The notes under the pieces were generated by a model that worked only from the letters and a program-made list of their open reading frames with translations, ran no database searches and had not been told where the DNA came from. Below, piece after piece: positions 1 to 10,055 of a DNA stretch of 63,258 bases (the first letter of the stretch is position 1; the number at the start of each line of letters is the position of its first letter). The position numbers were made by a program, and so were the translations under genes. The DNA is from Verrucomicrobiota bacterium. GTDB lineage: Bacteria; Verrucomicrobiota; Verrucomicrobiia; Limisphaerales; SIBH01. Location: positions 1 through 63,258 of the forward strand of contig JBBRBM010000006.1 in the NCBI GenBank assembly GCA_038205745.1, written 5' to 3'.

Positions 1-813
1 CCGCAGCACTCGGTCAATCTGCCTGCCTACCAGATCGGCAAGTATGAAGTCACCCGCGGTCAGTTCCGGAAGTTCATCGAAGCGGGTGGCTATACGAATG
101 CGAGCTATTGGTCCGCCGCAGGGTGGAAATGGAAGGAGAGCGATGTCATCGACTATGCCGGCATGCGCGGCGCCGTCACCCACACCGTGCGCCCCAACCG
201 CAACCAACCGCGCACCGCACCGCAGCATTGGGAGCCGGAGCAGGAATGGATCGGACACGGCTTCGGCCACCCGCGCTTTACCCAAACGGCTCAACATCCG
301 GTGGTCGGCGTCACCTATTATGAAGCCGAAGCGTATTGCAAATGGGCCGGCGGGCGATTGCCCACGGAAGTGGAATGGGAGAAGGCCGCCCGTTGGGATG
401 AGAAGAAGCAGCACGCCAACATCTGGCCCTGGGGCGATACCTGGGATCCGGAAGCCTGCAACAATCCCGCAGATCACAATGCAGCCGGCGGAGGCTATCG
501 CGTGAATCAAAGCGCTCCGGTCGGCAGTTATCCCGCCGGAGCCAGTCCTTACGGGTGCATGGACATGGTGGGTAATGCCTACGAATGGGTGGCCGATTGC
601 GCCAAGTCCTATCCGGGCAATCCTCAACCCTTCGACCACTGCTCCAGCTTTCATTTCGTCCGGGGCGGGTGCTGGGATGATGGTCCGTTCAGCGTCCGCT
701 GCGCGTACCGCGGTTGGTATCTCCCCCCGAGCAGCAGTGGAGCCGGCCCCGGCGACAGCGACTACATCGGATTTCGGATGGCGCGCTCAGCAATCGCTTT
801 CTCAAGACAATAA
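1..813 (+). CDS. Formylglycine-generating enzyme (SUMF1/FGE-sulfatase) domain protein, 5' truncated by window
   Basis: Frame open from base 1 (PQHSVNLPAYQIGKYEVT...); motifs HPVVGVTYYEAEAYCKWAGGRLPTEVEWEKAAR, DMVGNAYEWV, RGGCW, IGFR. Confidence 0.9.
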   Translation, partial: PQHSVNLPAYQIGKYEVTRGQFRKFIEAGGYTNASYWSAAGWKWKESDVIDYAGMRGAVTHTVRPNRNQPRTAPQHWEPEQEWIGHGFGHPRFTQTAQHPVVGVTYYEAEAYCKWAGGRLPTEVEWEKAARWDEKKQHANIWPWGDTWDPEACNNPADHNAAGGGYRVNQSAPVGSYPAGASPYGCMDMVGNAYEWVADCAKSYPGNPQPFDHCSSFHFVRGGCWDDGPFSVRCAYRGWYLPPSSSGAGPGDSDYIGFRMARSAIAFSRQ

Positions 814-841
814 CCAACTCAAAGAATAACCTTCTGAAACG

Positions 842-2158
842 ATGAAAACCGAATCCCAGCCCACCACCCGCCGCGAATTCCTCCGCACTTCCGCGGCGCT
901 CGCCACCACGGCTGCGCTGGCTCCGCTCGCCCTTGAACGCAGCGTCCATGCCGCCGGCAACGATGTCATCCGCATCGGCCTCATCGGTTGCGGCGGCCGC
1001 GGCACCGACGCGGCCGGCAACGCCATGAACGCCGGCAAAGACATCCGCCTCGTCGCGCTGGCGGACATCTTCGACGAGCGTCTCAAGGCGAGTCGTGAAC
1101 AACTCAAGACGATCAAGCCCGACCAGGTCGCGGTTAAGGACGACCACTGTTTTGTTGGCTTTGATGGTTATGAAAAGCTATTGGCCAGCGGCGTGGACGC
1201 GGTGGTGATTGCAGCGGCATCGCACTTCCATCCGCAGATACTCAAAGCCGCCATCGACGCCGGCAAACACGTCTTCTGCGAGAAGCCGCACGGCATTGAC
1301 ATCCCCGGCTTGAAGGTGTCGATGGCCGCGGCCGAGGCGGCAAAGCAGAAGGGCCTCAGTCTGGTCTCCGGCCTCTGTTGGCGCTACGACCCCGGTGTGC
1401 GCGAAACGATGAAGCGTGTCCACGACGGCGCCATTGGAGACATCGTCGCCATCCAGGAGAATTACCTTTCCAACCCTTACAGCATGCGCGAACGGCGGCC
1501 GGGTCAGACGGAGATGGAATGGCAGATGTGGAACTGGTATCACTTCAACTGGCTCTCCGGCGACCAGATCGCGCAACAACTCGTGCATAGCCTCGACAAG
1601 TCCTCGTGGGCAATGCGCGACCAACCGCCGCGCAAGGTCTATGGCATGGGCGGACGGCAGACCAGCCTCGACGCGAAGTTCGGCGATCAGTTTGACCACC
1701 AGGCGGTGATCTTCGAGTATGACAACGGCGTGCGCGTGTTCGGCTTCACGCGGGACCAGGCCGACTGCCACCGCGACACGAACGACTACATCTTTGGCAC
1801 CAAGGGCCGGTGCAATCTGCTCAATTACCGCATCGAAGGCGAAACCAACTGGCGTTACGAGAAGCCGCGAGAGAACATGTATGACCTCGAGCACGCCGAG
1901 TTGTTCCAATCCATCCGCGAAAGCAAACCCATCAACAACGGACATTACATGTGCCTGAGCAGCGCGCTGGGCATCGCCGCGCAGATCGCGTGTTACACCG
2001 GCGCCGTCCTGACTTGGGAAGACGTGATGAACTCGAAACGCTCCTTCACCCTGCCGCGCTACGGTTGGGATGTGGAGCCTCCGGTGAAACCTGGCCCCGA
2101 CGGACGTTATCCCACCGCGATGCAAGGCAGCGCGGAATATGATAAATGGCTGATGTGA
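842..2158 (+). CDS. Tat-exported Gfo/Idh/MocA family oxidoreductase
   Basis: TRREFL twin-arginine signal; IGLIGCGGRG Rossmann motif; KHVFCEKP. Confidence 0.9.
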   Translation: MKTESQPTTRREFLRTSAALATTAALAPLALERSVHAAGNDVIRIGLIGCGGRGTDAAGNAMNAGKDIRLVALADIFDERLKASREQLKTIKPDQVAVKDDHCFVGFDGYEKLLASGVDAVVIAAASHFHPQILKAAIDAGKHVFCEKPHGIDIPGLKVSMAAAEAAKQKGLSLVSGLCWRYDPGVRETMKRVHDGAIGDIVAIQENYLSNPYSMRERRPGQTEMEWQMWNWYHFNWLSGDQIAQQLVHSLDKSSWAMRDQPPRKVYGMGGRQTSLDAKFGDQFDHQAVIFEYDNGVRVFGFTRDQADCHRDTNDYIFGTKGRCNLLNYRIEGETNWRYEKPRENMYDLEHAELFQSIRESKPINNGHYMCLSSALGIAAQIACYTGAVLTWEDVMNSKRSFTLPRYGWDVEPPVKPGPDGRYPTAMQGSAEYDKWLM

Positions 2159-2166
2159 TAAACACT

Positions 2167-2239
2167 GTAGCAGCCGACATGAGGAGGCTCTGATCATAAA
2201 CTCTCGAAGAAGTGAGAGCCTCCTCACGTCGGTTGCTAC
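2167..2239. repeat. GTAG-class REP-like inverted repeat pair (24-bp arms, 25-nt spacer)
   Basis: GTAGCAGCCGACATGAGGAGGCTC (2167-2190) / GAGCCTCCTCACGTCGGTTGCTAC (2216-2239); related copy at 29675-29747. Confidence 0.85.
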
Positions 2240-2267
2240 AGCTATCGCCACGCAAAAATCTACACCC

Positions 2268-3176
2268 ATGAACAGCACCAACCTCACCCGCCGCGACTTT
2301 CTTCGCACCACAACTGCGCTTGGCCTTGCCAGCCTAACCAAGCCACTAACTGCGTTGGCCGCCGACTCGCCAGCCTATCAACTCGGTTGCTACACCCGCC
2401 CGTGGGATCAGTTCGAGTATCGCGTCGCGCTTGATGGGATTGCGGACGCGGGCTTCAAACACGCCGGCCTCATGACGGCCAAAGGCAAGTCGTGGATTCT
2501 CATCACCGTGGACTCCACTTTGGAGGAAGTCGCCGCCATCGCTGAGGAGGTGAAGCAGCGCGGTTTGAAGACGCTTTCGATTTACGGTGGAGATTTTCCC
2601 GTCGCCAAGTCGGTCGAAGCCGGCGTCGCCGGACTGAAGAAGCTCATCGACCATTGCGTGGTTTGCGCCTGCCCCAATCTGCTGCTCGGTGGCACGACCG
2701 ACGAGAAGCTTTTGCAACCCTACTACAAAGTCGTGGCGGAATGCTGCGACTATGCCGCCTCGAAGGGCGTCGGACTGAGCGTCAAGCCACATGGCGGCCA
2801 GAACGCCACCGGCCCGCAGTGCCGCAAACTCATCGAGCAGGTCGGCCACCGGAGCTTCCGGCTTTGGTACGACCCGGGTAACATCTGCTATTACTCCGAC
2901 GGCAAGCTCGACCCGGTGGCGGACTCAGCCACCGTGGACGGCTTGGTCGTCGGCATGAGCGTGAAGGATTTCAAGCTGCCCAAGGAAGTGCTGGTTACGC
3001 CCGGCACCGGCCAGGTGAACTTCCGTGAAGTGTTGGCCCGGCTCAGGAAAGGCGGCTTTACTCGCGGCCCGCTCATCGTCGAATGTCTGACTCGTGGTGA
3101 CACGCCCGCGAAAATAACCGCCGAGGCGAAGCAGGCGCGTCTGTTTCTTGAAGAACTGACGGGGCAAAAGGGGTAG
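2268..3176 (+). CDS. Tat-exported sugar phosphate isomerase/epimerase (AP endonuclease 2 / xylose-isomerase-like TIM barrel)
   Basis: TRRDFL signal; YDPGN, KD...PG.G.VNF and IVE motifs. Confidence 0.82.
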   Translation: MNSTNLTRRDFLRTTTALGLASLTKPLTALAADSPAYQLGCYTRPWDQFEYRVALDGIADAGFKHAGLMTAKGKSWILITVDSTLEEVAAIAEEVKQRGLKTLSIYGGDFPVAKSVEAGVAGLKKLIDHCVVCACPNLLLGGTTDEKLLQPYYKVVAECCDYAASKGVGLSVKPHGGQNATGPQCRKLIEQVGHRSFRLWYDPGNICYYSDGKLDPVADSATVDGLVVGMSVKDFKLPKEVLVTPGTGQVNFREVLARLRKGGFTRGPLIVECLTRGDTPAKITAEAKQARLFLEELTGQKG

Positions 3177-3196
3177 AAATTGATTCGTCCTTTCAT

Positions 3197-3286
3197 CCTA
3201 TGAATCGATCCTGCGCTCCCTCACGGTCGCGGCTCTGTTGGCCGCAGAACAGAGCCGCGCGCGTCAGCAAGCGGCCTGGTTCATGG
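3197..3286. repeat. REP-like inverted pair inside (C)CATGAAYC...GGTTCATGG boundaries
   Basis: CCTATGAATC (3197) ... CGCTCCCTCACGGTCGCGGCTCTGTT / AACAGAGCCGCGCGCGTCAGCAAGCGG ... GGTTCATGG (3278-3286); intergenic. Confidence 0.65.
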
Positions 3287-3321
3287 TTTCCTCGCACGTC
3301 CGCTGAACCTCCAAACTCCCC

Positions 3322-4239
3322 ATGCCCTCGCGCCGCCATTTCTTGAAAAGTGCCCTCGCGGTCAGCGCCGTGGGCTTCTTACCCGGTTCACCCCTGACCG
3401 CCGCGCCCGCGCCGGCGCGGAGTCGCCTCGGCATGTTCGTTTACCTCGACGGCAAGGAACCGGAGGACGCGCTCGCGCCGGTGAAGGAACTCGGCTTTGG
3501 TTACTGCGAGGTTTATCTCAACAGCTTCAGCGACGCCTACGCTGCGAAGTTGCGCGCCGCGTTGAACAAATTCAGCATCCAAGCGACGGCGCTCTTCGCT
3601 TCCGGACCCGGCGAGCAAGTCTATGATTTCTATCGCGGTCCCGAAACCATCGGCCTCGTGCCCCGCCAGTTCCGCGAGGCGCGTGTGGCGGCGCTGAAGC
3701 AGGCGTCCGACTTCGCCAGGCAATGCGGCATCCCGGCCTTCGAGACGCACTGCGGCTTCATCCCGGAGAATCCCAACGACCCGCTTTACAAAGAAGCCGT
3801 GGAAGCCATTCGCCAGGTCGCGGCTCATTGCCGTCAAAATGGCCAGACCTTTCTCTATCATGCGGGCCAAGAGACGCCGGTCACCTTGGTGCGCACGATT
3901 CAAGACGTGGGCCTCGACAACCAGGGCGTTGGCCTCGATACCGCGAATCTCATCCTGTGCGGCAAAGGCCATCCTATCGACGCACTCGACGTGTATGGCC
4001 GGCACCTCAAGGCGGTCAACGCCAAGGACGGACTCTATCCCACCGACGTGAAGCAGCTCGGCAAGGAAACCCCGCTTGGCCGGGGCAAGGTTGATTTCCC
4101 GCGCTTCCTTCGACGGTTGCAAGTACTGGGCTACACCGCGCCCATCATTATCGAACGCGAAATCTCCGGCCCGCAATTGATCCCGGAGCTGAAGGCGGGC
4201 AAGAAATATCTCGATGAAATTCTCCGCCAAATCGAATGA
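3322..4239 (+). CDS. Tat-exported sugar phosphate isomerase/epimerase (TIM barrel)
   Basis: SRRHFL signal; THCGFIPE, GQETP, DTANL, AKDG, IERE motifs. Confidence 0.85.
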   Translation: MPSRRHFLKSALAVSAVGFLPGSPLTAAPAPARSRLGMFVYLDGKEPEDALAPVKELGFGYCEVYLNSFSDAYAAKLRAALNKFSIQATALFASGPGEQVYDFYRGPETIGLVPRQFREARVAALKQASDFARQCGIPAFETHCGFIPENPNDPLYKEAVEAIRQVAAHCRQNGQTFLYHAGQETPVTLVRTIQDVGLDNQGVGLDTANLILCGKGHPIDALDVYGRHLKAVNAKDGLYPTDVKQLGKETPLGRGKVDFPRFLRRLQVLGYTAPIIIEREISGPQLIPELKAGKKYLDEILRQIE

Positions 4240-4261
4240 CTGAACTCCGCTATCCCCCCCG

Positions 4262-5686
4262 ATGATGAACCCTCTCCTCAACACCCTTCTCGTCATCGCC
4301 ACAACGCTGGCGATCGCAACCTTGCCCTTGCGCGCCGCCGAACTCCGCGCCGGCGCGGCGAAATCCTGCATCACTCCCGCCCTCGGCACGCGCATCAACG
4401 GTGGCGTCGGCCCCAGCACGGCGCGACATATCCATGACGACCTCTTTGTCCGCGCGCTTGTGCTCGACGACGGGACGGTCCGCCTGGCGTTTGCCGTGGT
4501 GGACACCTGCCTGCTGGACCGGCCCGTCTTTGACGAGGCCAAGCGGCTCGTCCAGCGCCAGACTGGTCTTGCGCCGGAGCGCGTGATGATGTCAGCCACG
4601 CATACCCACTCCGCCGGTTCGGCCTGTGGCGCTCATCTGGTGGACGCCGATGAAACCTACCGTGCGTGGCTGCCGGGGCGCATCGCCGACGCGGTTCGTT
4701 GCGCCGTGAACAACCTCGCTCCGGCACAGCTCGCCTGGGGCAGCGGCAACGTCCCCCAACATGTCTTCTGTCGCCGCCTTCTCATCAAACCCGGGATGAC
4801 TTACACCAATCAACTCGGTTTCACCAACGAGTTGGCGAAGATGAACTGGGACTCCCCGCATCCCGCCGACGGCGAACCCGCCGGCCCCACCGACCCTGAA
4901 GTCTCCGTGCTGTCGGTCAAGTATGCCGACGGGCGGCCGCTTGCCTTGCTGGCGAACTACTCGCTGCACTACGTGGGCGACGTTGGCCCGGGTCATATCT
5001 CCGCCGATTACTTCGGCGCGTTCTCCGACCGCATTCAACAACTGCTCAGCGCGGACCGACTGGACCCGCCCTTCGTCGGCATCCTCTGCAATGGCACCAG
5101 CGGCGACATCAACAACGTCAACCCGAAAACCAAACGCGAGGCGGCTCCGCCCTACACCCAGATTCGCCGGGTGGCCGAGGACGTGGCGCAGGAAGTTCTC
5201 CGCGTCACCCGCAGTCTGGAACACCGCCGCGAGCTTAAACTCCGTGCGAGCTTGCGCGAATGTGTCGTGACTACGCGCCGCCCCAATGCTGCTGAAGTCG
5301 AGGAGGCCCGCGCCATAGTGGCCGGCCGACCGGTGGAGAAACTCAGCGGCTGGACCGACGACTATGCGCGGGAGCAACTCTTTCTCGCTGATTGGCCGGC
5401 GGAAGTCTCCCTGCCCATTCAAATCTTTCGCATCGGCGACCTCGCCATTGCCGCGTGGCCCGGCGAGATTTTCGCCGCGAGCGGCTTGGACCTCAAACGG
5501 CGCAGCCCGGTGAAACCGCTCTTCAACATCGGCCTCGCCAACGGCTGGTATGGCTACATCCCGCCACCGGAACAATTCCGCTTGGGCGCCTACGAAACGT
5601 GGCGGATGCGTACCAGCCCACTGGAGACGAATGCCATTCCGAAAATGACGGACTGCTTCCTGGGCCTTTTGAAAACACTCCAATGA
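4262..5686 (+). CDS. Neutral/alkaline ceramidase-like secreted protein (PVC-type)
   Basis: Signal peptide; HDDLFVRALVLDDG, SATHTHSA, NYSLHY, ISADYFG, GTSGDIN, PGEIF, GLANG.GYIP motifs. Confidence 0.75.
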   Translation: MMNPLLNTLLVIATTLAIATLPLRAAELRAGAAKSCITPALGTRINGGVGPSTARHIHDDLFVRALVLDDGTVRLAFAVVDTCLLDRPVFDEAKRLVQRQTGLAPERVMMSATHTHSAGSACGAHLVDADETYRAWLPGRIADAVRCAVNNLAPAQLAWGSGNVPQHVFCRRLLIKPGMTYTNQLGFTNELAKMNWDSPHPADGEPAGPTDPEVSVLSVKYADGRPLALLANYSLHYVGDVGPGHISADYFGAFSDRIQQLLSADRLDPPFVGILCNGTSGDINNVNPKTKREAAPPYTQIRRVAEDVAQEVLRVTRSLEHRRELKLRASLRECVVTTRRPNAAEVEEARAIVAGRPVEKLSGWTDDYAREQLFLADWPAEVSLPIQIFRIGDLAIAAWPGEIFAASGLDLKRRSPVKPLFNIGLANGWYGYIPPPEQFRLGAYETWRMRTSPLETNAIPKMTDCFLGLLKTLQ

Positions 5687-7401
5687 ACGTGAAAATCCAG
5701 AACAGCTTGTTGAAACTCCTGCTTCTCGGGAGCCTGCTGAACGTGTTGACCGACGGCAACATCCGCGCGGCGGCGGCAAGCGAACTACCGCGCAAGAAAT
5801 TCATCGAAGTCGGCTGGGACATGCCGGACACCGCGTTCCTGCGCCAACACTGGCAGGAGATGGAGCGCGCCGCGCCGTTTGATGGTCTCAATTTCTATGT
5901 CGCCGTCACGAAACCCGATGGCGGACGCGCCGACTCGCTGAAGATCTGGGATGGCAAACCGTGGCAGCGCGCGTGGTTTACCAATGCCGTCGCTGACCTC
6001 CAATCGTGCCGGTTTACGAAGTTCACCGATAACTTCCTGCGCATTGATGCCTCGCCCGGCACGCTGGATTGGGCGGACGACGCGGCCTGGTCCAACCTGG
6101 CGGAGAAGCTTGCCATCTGCGCCTGGATCGCGCGCGAAGGCGGAGCCAAGGGAGTGTGCCTGGATCTCGAAGGCTACGGCGTGAAGTCGTTCAAGTTCGA
6201 TCCGGCCAAAGAAAAGTCCTTCACTGAAACCAGCGCATTGGCCCGCAAACGCGGCGCGGAACTCATGCGGGCCATTGCCCGTGAGTTCCCCAACCAAGTC
6301 CTCTTCACCTATTGGCTGAACAGCATCAATGTGAAGGCCGGACGCGCCTCGAACCCCGACGCAATCCTGGCCACCGAGACCTACGGCCTGCAACCGGCGT
6401 TCATCAACGGCCTGCTTGACGCCGCGCCGTCGGCGATGACTCTCATCGATGGCTGCGAGGATGGTTACTACAAGGATAGTGAACGCGAGTATCAACGCGC
6501 GGCCGCCGACATGCGCCAGTGGCACGGACCGGTCGCGCGGCTCATCGCGCCGGAGAACCGTCGCAAATGGCGCGCGCAGGGCCAGGCTTCCTTCGGCTTC
6601 TACCTCGATATGTTTCTCAATCCGCCGGGCCATCAATACTACTTTCCACCGCTTGATGGTTCGCGGGTCAAGCGACTCCAGCGCAACCTCGCCGCCGCGC
6701 GCGATGCGGCTGATGAATACGTGTGGATTTACGGCGAGCAATGCAATTGGTGGGGCAATTGGGAACTGAACGACTGGAACCGCGAAACCGTGAAGAAGAC
6801 CGCGGGCCAGGGCCGTCGCTGGGAAGCGGCACTGCCGGGCGTGACGCGTGCCATTCAGAACGTGCGCGACCCGGAGGGCGCCGCCCGTGACACCATTACG
6901 AAACAGCGCGCCAGCGGCACGGTGACAAACCTCGCGCGCAACGGCGATTTCATCATAGCCACCCCAGACAAGAAACGCCCTGCCGAATGGAATACCTGGC
7001 AGGACAATGGCTCGAAAGGCCGTTTCGAATTTGATTCCAGCGTGGGTGCCGGCGCAGCAAAGGCGACTCAAGTGAAGAACGGTTGTTACCTTCAGTCGCA
7101 TCCAGCCCAACCCGGTGAAACCTACGCCATCGAAGCGGAGTGCCGGGTGACAGGTGCGACCGTGTCGGGCTTGATGATCCGTTGGCAGAAGGCCGATGGC
7201 TCGTGGGTGCGCTGGGACGCCGACGCCACCTTCACCTTTTCCGGTTCGCGCGATGGCTGGGCGCAGGCCTTCGGCGTCGTCACCGTCCCCGACAACGCGG
7301 GCAAGCTCGTGGTTCTTCTCAAAGCAGAACACCAGATGAGCACCAACGACGTTTGCTGGTTCGATAACATCGCGCTCTATCGAATGGAGGAAGTGAAGTG
7401 A
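5683..7401 (+). CDS. Secreted hypothetical protein, TIM-barrel-like N-terminus and C-terminal CBM-like domain
   Basis: ATGA overlap with upstream stop; signal peptide; C-terminal NLARNGDF...WFDNIALY resembles a galactose-binding/CBM4_9-like fold. Confidence 0.65.
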   Translation: MNVKIQNSLLKLLLLGSLLNVLTDGNIRAAAASELPRKKFIEVGWDMPDTAFLRQHWQEMERAAPFDGLNFYVAVTKPDGGRADSLKIWDGKPWQRAWFTNAVADLQSCRFTKFTDNFLRIDASPGTLDWADDAAWSNLAEKLAICAWIAREGGAKGVCLDLEGYGVKSFKFDPAKEKSFTETSALARKRGAELMRAIAREFPNQVLFTYWLNSINVKAGRASNPDAILATETYGLQPAFINGLLDAAPSAMTLIDGCEDGYYKDSEREYQRAAADMRQWHGPVARLIAPENRRKWRAQGQASFGFYLDMFLNPPGHQYYFPPLDGSRVKRLQRNLAAARDAADEYVWIYGEQCNWWGNWELNDWNRETVKKTAGQGRRWEAALPGVTRAIQNVRDPEGAARDTITKQRASGTVTNLARNGDFIIATPDKKRPAEWNTWQDNGSKGRFEFDSSVGAGAAKATQVKNGCYLQSHPAQPGETYAIEAECRVTGATVSGLMIRWQKADGSWVRWDADATFTFSGSRDGWAQAFGVVTVPDNAGKLVVLLKAEHQMSTNDVCWFDNIALYRMEEVK

Positions 7402-10055
7402 ATTGGCTCACTTGCATCCGGGTGGGAGCGGTTGGACTTCTTGCGGTGACTCAGTTGACTGCCGCGCCGGACGCCGGGCGTTGGCAACTCCACCTGCGCG
7501 ATGGCGCGGGTGGTGTCCTTCAGACCGAGAAGGCGCAAGTGACCAAGACCAACGGCATCGGCCTGGTGGACTTGGCGTGGAGCCGGACCTTCACGGTCAA
7601 GTCGAACGGGAACTATCTGATCCGTCTGCCGTATCGCACCGAGGACGCGTCGCTGGCGAATCTGCTGTTGCTCCGCTACACGCTCGGCACCAACGACACG
7701 CCCAAGCTCGACGCGAAGAATGACGGTTTCGCGATGTGGACCAGCCAGAGCCTCATACGGAATTCCCCTCCTGGCCAGTGGGACACGCGCTTCTGCACCG
7801 TCCACGCCGAGCGCGATGGCGACCTCACCTTTCACGCGCTGCTCCATGGCAATCCCTGCACGGTGGAAGTCGGCGAGCCAACCCTCGAAGACTCCAAGAC
7901 CATCCGTCCGCGCTACCAGGACTACGCCGATCCGTTCAGTAAAGAGCAGGTGAAAGCCGCACTGGCGAAGCGCTCCGAGGGCACGGCGCGCGTTCGTCAG
8001 CACCAAGGCCGGGCGACGCTGTTCGTAAATGGGAAGCCGGTGCCGTCCATGCTCTACAAGGGCGTCAACGCGACGAAGAGTTACGGCGACTATGCCGGGT
8101 TCGCCGATGCCGGAGTGAACCTGGCCACCGTCTGCATCGCCACCGGCGACACCACCGGGCAGCACCAGGCCGACACCGAGCCAGTGTGGCTGGGCAAGGA
8201 CCGGTTCGCTTTCGAGCGCCTTGGCGCCGCGCTGTTGCGTGCGCTGCGGCGAAACACCAACGCGCAACTCATCCTCGACATCCGCATCAGCCCCTACAAA
8301 GCGTGGGGCACGGAGCATCCGGACGAAATCATCCGCAACGCGAAAGGTCAGCGGGCCTACGCGCCGGTGGATTACGTGGGCAAGTTCACCAGCGACACCA
8401 ACCTGGTGGACCCGCCGAACAGCGGCAAGTGGTGGTATCTCTCCTGGCAAAGCGAAGTCTGGCGCGCAGAATTGGAGCGCGTCTCACCCGCATCGCCGAG
8501 CATGTGAAGGCCAGCCCTTACGGCAAGGCGGTCGTGGGCTTCTTCATAACCGGCAACGACGACGGGCAGTTCGTTGTGCATTACCACGACCATTCGGAAC
8601 CAACGCAGCGGGCGTTTCGTGCGTGGTTGCACAAGAAGTATGGGAGTCTCGACCGCTTGAACGCCGTCTGGAAAACAGGCTTCACCAACGCCAGTCAAAT
8701 CAAGGTGCCGGCGCAGGAATGGCCCAGTAAGTTCACGCATTACGCGCCGGGGCCGCAACCGGATTTCCGCGAGTTCAAGGAACGCAATCCGTGGGAAGTC
8801 CGCGAGCGTCTCGCGGCCGCGCTCAAGCGCGCCATCAGTCGGCCCGTGGTCGCGATGGCCTACGCGGCACCTTATTACCATACCTTCGTCGAGTGCCCGC
8901 ACCTGGACGCCGTCGGGATGCAGGCGGATTACGCGCACCGGCGGAATGGCTTCCCCATCGCCTTCAATCCGGTGTGCGCCGATGACGTGGGCGACCGCCT
9001 GCTCTTCACCGAACTAGACCTGCGCTCCAACACCGGCGAAGCGTGGCCCACCACCGAGTTATACCTTGAATGGGTGAGCGCGCCAAAGACCGCCGAGGAA
9101 TGGCGGCACATTCACCGCAAGGTCGCGGGCTTCTCTATCGCGAACGGCTATGCCGACTGGTACTACGACATGGGTCAATACTTCAATGACCCGGAAGTCC
9201 ACGCTAAGATTGGGGCCGTGCGGCAGGTGCGGGAGCGGCTCCAGCAAACGAAGCGGCGTCCATTCCGTCCCGATGTGTGCGTGGTCGTTGCCGAGACCGA
9301 CCGCCATTACCTCGCCCACGACGAGGCGGTGATTCCGTACGATGAAGTGAAACTTCAATCCGCAGGGACTGGCGCTCGCGGCCAGCGGCGTGCCCTTCGA
9401 ACGGCATTATCTGAACGACATCATGGCGCGAAAGGATCTCCAGGACTTCAAGGTCTATGTGTTTCTGCAGAACGCCTTCCTGGGGGAGACCGCGCGCCGC
9501 TTTATCCGCGAAAAACTCCAGAACCGGCAACGCACACTGGTGTGGGTTTACAACAGCGGCTACGTCGGCGAGGCGGGCAAGTCGGTTGAAGCCATGAGCG
9601 ACCTGATCGGCATCCATCTGGCCACCGACGACAAGCCCGCGCGGCGGACGATGATAATGGACCTTTCTGGATTGCAGCCCTTCTGGGTGGAGGATCCATC
9701 CGCCGTCCCCCTGGCCCGCTACGTCGAAACGCAGCAGGTGGCGGCCGCGAGAAAGCAGCAGTCCAAGTGGACCAGCATCTACATCGGGGCGGCGCAGGGC
9801 TTGAGTGATGAGTTGCTCAACCGTATCGCGCGTGACGCTGGCGCTTACGTCGCGGGTCCGCCCGGACAGCAAATCAACCTTAGTGGGAATTTCGCGTCGC
9901 TTCATGCACTGCGCTCGGGAGATTACGTCCTGCGGCTCCCGCCAGGTTGCCGCAAGGTGTTGGAGGCTGCTACAGGCCGGGTGCTCGCTCGCAATACCAA
10001 GGAGTTCACGTTTCCCGTCATCGCACAGCAAACCTATTGGTTCCTTTTCCAATGA
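7398..10055 (+). pseudogene. Beta-galactosidase-like (GH42-related) glycoside hydrolase split by two frameshifts
   Basis: ORFs 7398-8507, 8186-9589 and 9390-10055 join into one protein: WRAELE|ARLTRIAEHVKASPYGKAVVGF (~8477) and DEV|NFNPQGLALAASGVPFERHYL (~9350); AFRAWLHKKYGSLDRLNAVW is GH42-like. Confidence 0.7.
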
